DNA of 64,000 nucleotides from Candidatus Micrarchaeota archaeon. GTDB lineage: Archaea > Micrarchaeota > Micrarchaeia > Norongarragalinales > UBA8480. The position numbers were made by a program, and so were the translations under genes. The stretch is taken from assembly GCA_021812145.1 (NCBI GenBank), contig JAKAOM010000001.1, positions 21,898 through 85,897 of the forward strand. The letters run 5' to 3'. The notes under the pieces were generated by a model that was not told the DNA's origin, did not search any database, and saw only the letters and a program-made list of their open reading frames with translations. This document shows, piece after piece, positions 1-7,946 of this stretch (the first letter of the stretch is position 1; every line of letters starts with the position of its first letter).

Positions 1-181
1 CCTTTTGCGTTGCCTGGTTTATTAGGTTTTCAACGTCGCTTTCGCTGTAATTTGCGCTATCCACTTTTTTCACCGTTTTAATGTTTCTGCTATTTCGTTT
101 TTTGTTATTTTCCCCTGTTAATCTTAAAAACCTGTTTGTTTTTAACTCTTTTCAGGAATTATTCTTCTGGGGTTTGTTTTA

Positions 182-700
182 ATGGATTTTGCTTACTGGC
201 TTGGATTTATTGTTTTTATTCTGCCCGCATATTTTGCCAATGCTTCGCCAGTTGTTTTTGGCGGAGGTAATGATGCAATTGATTTTGGTTTTGTTTTTGG
301 CGGGGAGAGGCTTTTCGGAAAGGGAAAAACTGTAAAGGGTTTTTTAAGCGGATTGCTGATTGGCTCTTTAGTTGGCTTGATAGTGGCTTTCTCTCCCTTT
401 TATCCTTTCACCGCTTCTGTTTTGATTAAATTTAAGATCGGTTTTCTTTTATCTTTAGGCGCTCTTATAGGGGATTTGTTCGGTAGTTTCGTTAAGAGGA
501 GATTTCATTTGAAGTCAGGTTCTCCAAGCTTTCTTTTGGACCAGCTTCCATTCGTTGTTTTCGCATTGTTTTTCGTTTACCCTTATTCTTTGTCCTTCAC
601 TGTTTTCGCATGGGCTTTTCTAATTATTTTATCCCTTCTTCTTCATGTTTTTTTCAACTGGCTTGCGAACAGAGTTGGCTTGAAAAGAGTTCCTTGGTGA
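182..700 (+). CDS. carS: CDP-archaeol synthase (DUF46/CarS family)
   Basis: Motifs LPAYFANASPV, ID-G...RLFGKGKT-KG, GD-FGSFVKRR, DQL-F and C-terminal GLKRVPW; multi-TM. Confidence 0.9.
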   Translation: MDFAYWLGFIVFILPAYFANASPVVFGGGNDAIDFGFVFGGERLFGKGKTVKGFLSGLLIGSLVGLIVAFSPFYPFTASVLIKFKIGFLLSLGALIGDLFGSFVKRRFHLKSGSPSFLLDQLPFVVFALFFVYPYSLSFTVFAWAFLIILSLLLHVFFNWLANRVGLKRVPW

Positions 701-707
701 TTTTCAT

Positions 708-1160
708 TTGGAGTCAGGATACGCTGAGGATTTTGTAAAGTTTTTGGTTGTTTTTTTCGCTTTATTCGCTTTTATCCATTTACTTGACGTTTCGCTTCTA
801 ACTTCCTTCCTCGCCGGATTGGAGGGATTCCTTCTTTCATCCCTTGGATTCGCGACTGTTGTTTCTAACTCGCTTTTGACTGTTAATTCAATTTCCTTTC
901 TTGTAAGCGTTGACTGTTCCGGATTGGTTTTGATTGTTTTGCTTTTCTCTCTGTTTGTTTCAACCGGCGTTGGCAGCGTGAGGAATTTTGTTTTTTTCTC
1001 TGCTCTACTATTCCTTTTCAACATTGCCAGGCTTCTTTTGACCATTGAAGTGGGTGGTGTTTTCGGCTTTGGAGTTATGGAGGCAACGCATATCTTTTTG
1101 TGGTTTGTTGATTCAGGAGTGGTTTTTGCAATCTGGCTGTGCGTCGGAGGGTTTATTTGA
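708..1160 (+). CDS. Archaeosortase/exosortase-family transpeptidase (short form)
   Basis: Multi-TM protein with V-x-x-D-C-S-G (catalytic Cys), N-x-x-R (NIAR) and downstream His (ATH); starts 7 nt after the carS stop. Confidence 0.75.
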   Translation: MESGYAEDFVKFLVVFFALFAFIHLLDVSLLTSFLAGLEGFLLSSLGFATVVSNSLLTVNSISFLVSVDCSGLVLIVLLFSLFVSTGVGSVRNFVFFSALLFLFNIARLLLTIEVGGVFGFGVMEATHIFLWFVDSGVVFAIWLCVGGFI

Positions 1161-1256
1161 TCTTTTGGCTATTACCACAAACTAAATGCTTTAATTAGAA
1201 TTCTACCCAATTTTTAAATAGAAATAAGTGTTTTTTATGGGAATGTTTTAATTTCT

Positions 1257-1466
1257 TTGAGCGACGCTGACGAGTCATTGTTAAGGCGCATTGCAAGGGA
1301 AAAATTTCAGGGCAAAAAGGGATCTTTAAGCGGAGTGGTAAGCGAGGCTATAAAAAATTTAAATGAAAATAAGAACGTTTCAAAGGAAGCTTTCTTAATT
1401 TTGCTTGACAAGGGAATTAAAGGCGATTATAAGATGTACAAGAAAAGAAGTGAGTTGTATGACTAA
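1257..1466 (+). CDS. Putative antitoxin (RHH-like) of a VapBC pair
   Basis: Small basic protein, KGSLSGVVSEAI, C-terminal RSELYD; overlaps the PIN gene. Start uncertain (out-of-frame ATG at 1237). Confidence 0.6.
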   Translation: MSDADESLLRRIAREKFQGKKGSLSGVVSEAIKNLNENKNVSKEAFLILLDKGIKGDYKMYKKRSELYD

Positions 1467-1881
1467 AATTCTTGTTGACACGAATATTTTGATTTATTCT
1501 GTTTTAGAAAGTGATGAGAAAAAGCACAGGATTGCTAATGATATTGTCAAAGACCTTGTTCGGTCGGAAGAGTTTGTTTTAAGTTCTCAGAATCTGGCTG
1601 AGTTTTGCCGGGTTTTATTGGAAAAAAACAAGCCTCGTGTTGAAAGTTTCGAACTCAGGAATTTGGTGCTTGGTTTTTTGCGTTTTTCTTCTTTTATTTC
1701 TTATTCTGAAATGACCGTTTTGGAAGCATTGTCTAGTTGTGACGAGTACAAAGTTAATTTTTTTGATGCTTTGCTAATAGCTTCTATGAAGGAGAATGGA
1801 ATTGTTAATATAATGACAGAGAATGTTTCTGATTTTTCCAGGGTTCCTTGGCTGAAAGTTATAAACCCTTTTGAAAACTAA
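1459..1881 (+). CDS. vapC: PIN-domain toxin (VapC family)
   Basis: ILVDTNILIY, LAEF, FFDALL, TENVSDF, INPF motifs; start re-called at ATG 1459. Confidence 0.88.
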   Translation: MTKILVDTNILIYSVLESDEKKHRIANDIVKDLVRSEEFVLSSQNLAEFCRVLLEKNKPRVESFELRNLVLGFLRFSSFISYSEMTVLEALSSCDEYKVNFFDALLIASMKENGIVNIMTENVSDFSRVPWLKVINPFEN

Positions 1882-1921
1882 TTGGAAATGTTTTTATTAG
1901 CTTTCTTCTTACTTTTTAAGC

Positions 1922-3985
1922 ATGCCTCAGCCTAGCGTAAGGAAAGACTGGTTTTTCAGATTCACTGCCTTTTCGTACAAGAATTTCAAGTCTATGGCTA
2001 AGAACGCTGTTTTAACTCCTGAGCAGAAGGAGCTTTTTGAGTTCATGGATTACCGTTTCACTGCCGAGCAGTTCAGGGCGGGCGAGATTGGGGCGATGTT
2101 CGTTGGCTTGATTTTAATGTTTCTAGTGGCAATGGTTGCCATCATATTATTTCAGGGGGATTTAACTAACCCCCTTCTTTTGATTTCAATTCTTATTTCA
2201 GTTATGTTTCCTTTCGTGTTGTTTCTTTTTTATTCAGCCTATCCTGGAATGCAGGCTAAGAAAGAGCAGACTCTTGCAATCGGTTACGCTCCCAGTATTG
2301 TTAACTATCTTGTTATGAGCATGAGGTTGACTCCTAACCTTGAGAAGGCGGTTGAGTTTGCGGCAGAGCACGGTAAGGGAAAGATTGCCGAGGATTTGAA
2401 GAAGGTTATTTGGAACGTTCAAATTGGGGTTTACAATAGTGTGGAGGAGGGTTTGGACAAACTTGCCTATGACTGGGGAAAGTACAACGAGGATTTCAAG
2501 CAGGCTTTGATGCTTATTAGAGCCAGCGTTATTGAAACTGACACTGCTAAGAGAGAGGCGATGCTTGAGAAGGCGGTCAGCGATGTTTTGGAGGGAAGCA
2601 AGGAGAAGATGGACCTGTACGCCAGGGCTTTGCACCAGCCTACAGTCTACCTTTACTATTTTGGAGTGCTGCTTCCCTTGATGCTTGCGATTATAATTCC
2701 TATAGCTGCGTCTATGGGAGGAGGAGGTTTGATGTCTAACCCACTTGTTATTGCTTTGATCTACACTGTCTTCATTCCTGCTGGCTTGCTTATCTACGGT
2801 TCAAATATTATAGGAACAAGGCCTCCCACTTACATACCTCCGAACATTCCTAAAAACTTTCCAGGGCTTCCTAAAAAGGGCTATGTTAAAATTTCAAAGT
2901 TTAGCGTTCCCTACTTTATTTTGGCGGCAGTGGTTTTCGTGGGCGTGATTTTAGCTGGCTTCACTTTTGACTATCAAATCAGCGTTGCAAGCATAAACCC
3001 TAACATTCAAAATGTAACCGCCGCCATTGCTGCTACTCCCCATGTTCAGGTGTTTAACCTTCCCCCTCAGCAGTTTTTCCTAGGGGTTATTTCAATTCTT
3101 TCCATTTTGGTTGCCATTTCCCTTTCAACATCCATAATTCTTTTCGGTATGTTTTATAACCGGAAAAAGATTCAGGACCAGATTAGAAGCATGGAGTTCG
3201 AGTTCAAGGACGCTATGTATGTGATTGCTTCAAGGCTAGGGGAGAATAGGCCTATCGAGGAGGCGGTCAACAGCAGCATTCAATTTCTTCCCAAGAGTCT
3301 TATTGCGAAAAATGTTTTTCAGAAGATTCTCGACAACATTACCAGCATGGGTTTGACTTTGGATGAGGCTATTTTCAACCCGAATTTTGGGGCTTTGAAG
3401 AGTCTGCCTTCAGATGTTTTGCAGAGTGGTTTGAAGATCATGGTTGACTCTGTAAGTCTTGGGACTAACGTGGCTTCTAAGAGTTTGATTGGGCTTGCAG
3501 TTCAGTTGAGGAACAGCGAGAAGATTGACACTATGTTAAGGCAATTGCTGGAGGATGTGACGAGCATGCTTGGAACTGTAAGCACTTACATAGCTCCAGT
3601 GGTTATCGGAGTGGTGGCTTCTCTTCAGCAGGTGGTTTCTTCAAGTTTTGCCAACAGCTGCTCTTCTTCAACGTTGAATTCTTCAGCCACTCAAACCACA
3701 ACCACTTCTAATTTAGGGCCGCTTAGCTCAATGGGTTCAAGCAATTTTGGCAATTTTCTATGCCCTTCAGGAAAGGCTGCTCCTTCTCTAAGTCCTGCTT
3801 TTTTCATTTTGATTATGGGAGTTTATGTTATTGAAGCCGCGGTTATTCTAACTTACTTCAACTCCCAGATTGAAGATTCAAATAATCCTCTGCATTCCTG
3901 GATGAGCATTGCTAGAGCTCTTCCCATAGCCACGCTAATTTTTGCTGCTGTAGCCTACTTCTCAATAGCTGCGGTGGCTCACTGA
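1922..3985 (+). CDS. Type II/IV secretion F-family pilus assembly platform protein (TadC/FlaJ-like, two fused halves)
   Basis: Two T2SS-F-like segments (PNLEKAVEFAA...; EFKDAMYVIASRLGENRPIEEA), each followed by TM pairs; directly upstream of a pilin cluster. Confidence 0.8.
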   Translation: MPQPSVRKDWFFRFTAFSYKNFKSMAKNAVLTPEQKELFEFMDYRFTAEQFRAGEIGAMFVGLILMFLVAMVAIILFQGDLTNPLLLISILISVMFPFVLFLFYSAYPGMQAKKEQTLAIGYAPSIVNYLVMSMRLTPNLEKAVEFAAEHGKGKIAEDLKKVIWNVQIGVYNSVEEGLDKLAYDWGKYNEDFKQALMLIRASVIETDTAKREAMLEKAVSDVLEGSKEKMDLYARALHQPTVYLYYFGVLLPLMLAIIIPIAASMGGGGLMSNPLVIALIYTVFIPAGLLIYGSNIIGTRPPTYIPPNIPKNFPGLPKKGYVKISKFSVPYFILAAVVFVGVILAGFTFDYQISVASINPNIQNVTAAIAATPHVQVFNLPPQQFFLGVISILSILVAISLSTSIILFGMFYNRKKIQDQIRSMEFEFKDAMYVIASRLGENRPIEEAVNSSIQFLPKSLIAKNVFQKILDNITSMGLTLDEAIFNPNFGALKSLPSDVLQSGLKIMVDSVSLGTNVASKSLIGLAVQLRNSEKIDTMLRQLLEDVTSMLGTVSTYIAPVVIGVVASLQQVVSSSFANSCSSSTLNSSATQTTTTSNLGPLSSMGSSNFGNFLCPSGKAAPSLSPAFFILIMGVYVIEAAVILTYFNSQIEDSNNPLHSWMSIARALPIATLIFAAVAYFSIAAVAH

Positions 3986-4053
3986 ATTTTTGACTGTTTC
4001 TTCTGCATTTTTTTAAGAGAGGTATTTTTAATTTGTTTGTTTATTTTTTAATT

Positions 4054-4191
4054 ATGCGAGGTAGTTCCTTGATTTTTGAGGTTGTCAAAATAGTTATAGG
4101 TTTGATTGTGGCTATGGCTATTTTATATGTTTTAATGCAGGTTTTGGGGGTGGCTGGAGGTTATTTTAAGTTGTTTGGGTTGCCGGTTTGA
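4054..4191 (+). CDS. Small class III signal-peptide protein (mini-pilin, 45 aa; absent from ORF track)
   Basis: Hand translation: MRG|SSLIFEVVKIVIGLIVAMAILYVLMQVLGVAGGYFKLFGLPV*. Confidence 0.6.
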   Translation: MRGSSLIFEVVKIVIGLIVAMAILYVLMQVLGVAGGYFKLFGLPV

Positions 4192-4220
4192 TTTTGTTAT
4201 TTTTTTAATTTTGGTTATAA

Positions 4221-4234
4221 GAAAGGTTTAAAAA
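4221..4234 (+). promoter_or_regulatory. Archaeal BRE-TATA promoter of the pilin operon
   Basis: GAAAGGTTTAAAAA ~35 nt upstream of ATG 4268; the same motif recurs upstream of several genes. Confidence 0.6.
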
Positions 4235-4267
4235 ATCTTTTGTCGTAAGGTTAAATTGGTGATTTTT

Positions 4268-4810
4268 ATGCAGAGGGGTCAGGCTTTTGAAACTATCATG
4301 ATGGTTATCGCGGTTATAGTTGCTCTTGCAATTCTTGGGTTTTTGACTGGAATTTTAGGCAATCTTAGCAGTATGTTCAACCCTTCTGACCCTGGCAAGA
4401 CCATGACTAGCGCGTTACAGGGAATTGCTGGAAGTTATAGTTCTGGAACCGCCCCTCAAGTTTTGAGTTTCAATGTTGCTGGCCAGAGTTTCGACACCGC
4501 TGGTTTGACTCAAAGCACGTCGCTTTCATCTTATAACGTTTACTTTGTTTGTTCTAGCACTGTTCCAAAAGGGGCTATTTCAATCAGTTCCTTAGGTAGT
4601 GGTTCAACCGCTTTGCAAAAAATGACGATAAATCAAAAAGTAAGTCTTGAAATGGTTGCTTGTGGTAACCCTTCACTTAATGGTAAAGGACCTTACTACG
4701 TAATTGCGTTGGGAGGCAATGGTGATACTGCAGGTACTTCTAACGCTTGTTATAATGCGTTTACTAACAACCCTACTTTTGGTACTGCGCCAACAAGTAA
4801 CTGTCAGTGA
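4268..4810 (+). CDS. Type IV pilin-like protein (candidate major pilin)
   Basis: MQRG|QAFETIMMVIAVIVALAILG class III signal; first gene after a promoter; start re-called at 4268. Confidence 0.82.
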   Translation: MQRGQAFETIMMVIAVIVALAILGFLTGILGNLSSMFNPSDPGKTMTSALQGIAGSYSSGTAPQVLSFNVAGQSFDTAGLTQSTSLSSYNVYFVCSSTVPKGAISISSLGSGSTALQKMTINQKVSLEMVACGNPSLNGKGPYYVIALGGNGDTAGTSNACYNAFTNNPTFGTAPTSNCQ

Positions 4811-4816
4811 TATTTT

Positions 4817-5086
4817 GTGAAAGGAAGCGAGTGGACTCCAATATACCTGATGATTGTTTTAATCATAGCAGCGATTCTTTTGGTTGAAGTGGTGAAGCCT
4901 GTTATGAAGCAGGCCGCTTCAAGCGCTTCCTCCAACCTGCAGCAGTCAAGCAATCTTATTGGAGGGTTTTCGCTTTTTTCCGTTGATTTTAAAAAACTGA
5001 AGCGTTTTTTAAGCGGTAAGCTTTCTGTTTTTCATTTAAGGATTTTGTCTGTTTGGGCGAAAGCAATTAAACCTTTTTCAATTTAA
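4817..5086 (+). CDS. Pilin-like class III signal-peptide protein
   Basis: MKG|SEWTPIYLMIVLIIAAILL. Confidence 0.7.
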   Translation: MKGSEWTPIYLMIVLIIAAILLVEVVKPVMKQAASSASSNLQQSSNLIGGFSLFSVDFKKLKRFLSGKLSVFHLRILSVWAKAIKPFSI

Positions 5087-5111
5087 ATGGTTGATTGGTG
5101 TTTTTGTTGCT

Positions 5112-5798
5112 TTGAGGAAATCTCAGGAGAGCGCTCCTATTGAGCTTGTAATCGCGGTTATTATCATGGTAATGAGCATCACGCTCGCGTTTACTGTTTG
5201 GAACAGCATTCAGACCAACCAATGTCTGAATCAGATTCAGAGCGAAATGATGACTGTTGAGAATGCGGTTGTTGACGTTTCTCTTGGATCGCCTCCCACC
5301 CAGAGGGTTTTGTCTTTGAGTTTTCCTGTCTGCGGGAGCTATAATATTCAGGCTATACGTTTTGCTTACTACGGTAGTCCTAGCTATTGTGGAGGGTGCC
5401 CTTCATCAAGTTCGGGTTGCTGGAAGATAGAGCCTTTAAGCTTTAATCCAAGCGCTTCCATGCCTTTCACTACTGTTAGCCAGGCTTCTGTTTGCATCAA
5501 CGTTCCCGCATCTATTGATTTTGTTTCTGAATCAAGTTCTTCTTGTAATTATAATTCTAATATTGATAGTAATTCAACTAATGGCTGCCCTTCATCTTCC
5601 ACCTTTTCTCAATTGAGCAGACTTACTTTCAGTAGTCCTTTGGGTTGCGAAGAACCTTCATCTGGAACTAACGGGTTGAATTTTTATTACGCCACCATTA
5701 GCAAGGGAGGTCAAAGTCAGTACAATTTGATTTTGTCGAAGGGTTACGCCACTGCCGGTGGCAGCGTTGAAATCAGCATGTGCCTTGAGGGAAAGTAG
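5112..5798 (+). CDS. Cys-rich minor pilin-like protein
   Basis: (M)RKS|QESAPIELVIAVIIMV class III signal; TTG start at 5112; many Cys. Confidence 0.72.
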   Translation: MRKSQESAPIELVIAVIIMVMSITLAFTVWNSIQTNQCLNQIQSEMMTVENAVVDVSLGSPPTQRVLSLSFPVCGSYNIQAIRFAYYGSPSYCGGCPSSSSGCWKIEPLSFNPSASMPFTTVSQASVCINVPASIDFVSESSSSCNYNSNIDSNSTNGCPSSSTFSQLSRLTFSSPLGCEEPSSGTNGLNFYYATISKGGQSQYNLILSKGYATAGGSVEISMCLEGK

Positions 5799-5850
5799 CT
5801 CTTGTTTTTTTCAAATAGTTTTTTTAATCATTGCGTTTAATTTTATTGGC

Positions 5851-6501
5851 GTGAGGAAATCTCAGATTGAATTGTGGATGCTTAGCAAGTTCGCCATTCT
5901 TTTTTTTATTCTAGCGCTTGCGATTTTTCTTTTCACTGTGAGCCAGAGCGAAAAGTCGGGTTTATGCTCTGTCGAGGCGGGTTCTCAAGCACAGATCATT
6001 TCAAATTCTATAAGCAACGTTTTGAATAATCCTATTGAGGACCAGCAGTTGGTGGTGAAACTTCCCTCAGCCATAACCCTTGGCAGTGGTCTGAGCGCTT
6101 ACCTAGTTAACATAACTTACACTAACCAGTCGGCGGGCCCTTCTCTGATTGCAGTTCAAGCCTTTTCAAATACCGGCAATTGTGTTTCTAACCCTCAGAC
6201 TGTTTCGTTTTCTTCTAACGTTAATGTTAATTTTATCGACGTTAATGGAGATAATTTACCTCTTTCGCCTGTTAAAAATACTAATATTAATCAAATGGTT
6301 TTGTCTGCAAACCCGTCTTTTGTTTCTCTTCCAAACCAGTTTTTCTTGCTTGTGATTAAATGCACTTCTAAGTCAAAACCTACCTTGCCGCCTTATCTTT
6401 TTGTAATTACTTGTGTTCAAACTAAGCTTTCTCTTTGCTCTGGGTATGGTATTTATAATACTAATAATCTTTTAATAAATAAGGCTTGCGGTTTTAGTTG
6501 A
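5851..6501 (+). CDS. Minor pilin-like protein
   Basis: (M)RKS|QIELWMLSKFAILFFIL; GTG start at 5851. Confidence 0.72.
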   Translation: MRKSQIELWMLSKFAILFFILALAIFLFTVSQSEKSGLCSVEAGSQAQIISNSISNVLNNPIEDQQLVVKLPSAITLGSGLSAYLVNITYTNQSAGPSLIAVQAFSNTGNCVSNPQTVSFSSNVNVNFIDVNGDNLPLSPVKNTNINQMVLSANPSFVSLPNQFFLLVIKCTSKSKPTLPPYLFVITCVQTKLSLCSGYGIYNTNNLLINKACGFS

Positions 6502-6521
6502 AAGAGGTTGATTTGTTTTTT

Positions 6522-7187
6522 TTGAAAGGTTTTATTGGCCCCTTGGGTGACGACATCCCTGGTGTTTTTCCTATTGTTTTGGGTATTGTTTTGTTTGTTT
6601 CAAGCCTGCTTTACGCTAACGGTCAAGTGCAGAACGCTAATAATCAGATGAATTTGAGGAGTGCGGGTTTGAGTTTGGCTTATGTTGTCAGTCAAAACCC
6701 TTACCTTACTGCCGGAAGTTTTAATTTGGATTGCGCGAACGCGTGGCAGCCTTTAGGCAAAAACTTAAATTTGAAGTTTATCATTGTTGTTAAATCCTAT
6801 TGTCAGTATGGATTGAATTTTTCGCTTAACCCTTTCATCTCCTGCCAAGACCCTACATTGTTGGCTTCAAATTCTCCTTCTTCCCCTGCTAACTATATAG
6901 GCGGTTCTTTAAATCATAATTATCTTAACTATTATACTTGCTGGTCAAATGATACTGCAACTTCAAGTATCCTGGATAACGTAACTAGCTATACTTATTC
7001 AAATCTAATTAACAGTTTGCCTTCGAACGCGGTTATTCTAAGTTTTCCAATAGCTGTTAACTGCCCTACCACTTCTTCCCTAACAACAAACTACGCCTCC
7101 TCCAATTCGAATAATATGTGCGATTATTCTTACGGGGGGTCAATGACTTACGGTGTTGGAACTTTGAATATAATGGTGTGGCAGTAG
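6522..7187 (+). CDS. Minor pilin-like protein
   Basis: (M)KG|FIGPLGDDIPGVFPIVLGIVLF; TTG start preceded by GAGGTTGA RBS-like site. Confidence 0.65.
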   Translation: MKGFIGPLGDDIPGVFPIVLGIVLFVSSLLYANGQVQNANNQMNLRSAGLSLAYVVSQNPYLTAGSFNLDCANAWQPLGKNLNLKFIIVVKSYCQYGLNFSLNPFISCQDPTLLASNSPSSPANYIGGSLNHNYLNYYTCWSNDTATSSILDNVTSYTYSNLINSLPSNAVILSFPIAVNCPTTSSLTTNYASSNSNNMCDYSYGGSMTYGVGTLNIMVWQ

Positions 7188-7189
7188 AA

Positions 7190-7942
7190 ATGAAAGGACA
7201 GGCTGTTTTGTTTGACGCTATAATGTTTATGCTGTTATCCAGCGTTTCGGTTGCGATTATATTCTCTTTTCTTTCAACTTACGGCCAACAGGAGACCGCT
7301 GTTTTGCAGAGCGCGAATATCCTGAATTACATCCAGAGCATTGTAAAAGTTTCTTATTTTATTGACGCTTCCACCCTGTATAATGTTACTGGCCATTATG
7401 GAAGTTCTGGTGTTTCTTTAAATTGCAGTTATCTTCAGAATTTTTACGGTGTTAGCGTGGCTCAGCTTTTGAAGAAGGATTTGAGTGACGGGCAGTTTAA
7501 TAACATGTTTGGCAATTCCTCTCCTGCCCCGGGTAAGGAAGCGCTTAGGTGTTTGATGTTTCAGGTTATGCAGCCTTTTGTTTCCGCAGGGTATGATTAT
7601 CATATGGATATCATAAATTATTCGCTGGTTCAGTCTGGCTCGCTCAACAATATTTACCCCTCCCTAAACCCGAGTAATGGAAATACTATCGATTACCCCT
7701 TTTTTACTACTTTTAGCGTGGGTTACGCTCCTGATTTGACTCAGTTTGATTGTGGGCAGGCCACTGATTTTAATTGTTATAACGTTACCCAGACTTTAAA
7801 CTCAACCAGCATTATGACTGTAGGCACTCCTTTTTTTGTCACTTCATCTAATGGCAATACTAGTGAGTTTGTTATAAATCTTTGTGTTTGGAAGCAGCAG
7901 TATCGTTCAAGCAGTACTTGTGATTGGGTTCCAATGCATTGA
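7190..7942 (+). CDS. Minor pilin-like protein
   Basis: MKG|QAVLFDAIMFMLLSSVSVAIIF; ATG 7190 directly after the previous stop. Confidence 0.72.
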   Translation: MKGQAVLFDAIMFMLLSSVSVAIIFSFLSTYGQQETAVLQSANILNYIQSIVKVSYFIDASTLYNVTGHYGSSGVSLNCSYLQNFYGVSVAQLLKKDLSDGQFNNMFGNSSPAPGKEALRCLMFQVMQPFVSAGYDYHMDIINYSLVQSGSLNNIYPSLNPSNGNTIDYPFFTTFSVGYAPDLTQFDCGQATDFNCYNVTQTLNSTSIMTVGTPFFVTSSNGNTSEFVINLCVWKQQYRSSSTCDWVPMH

Positions 7943-7946
7943 TTTT

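Noticed and set aside
1-64. Possible start of a minus-strand gene running off the left edge (VDSANYSESDVENLIKPGNAK...)
   Set aside because: Too short to support or identify.
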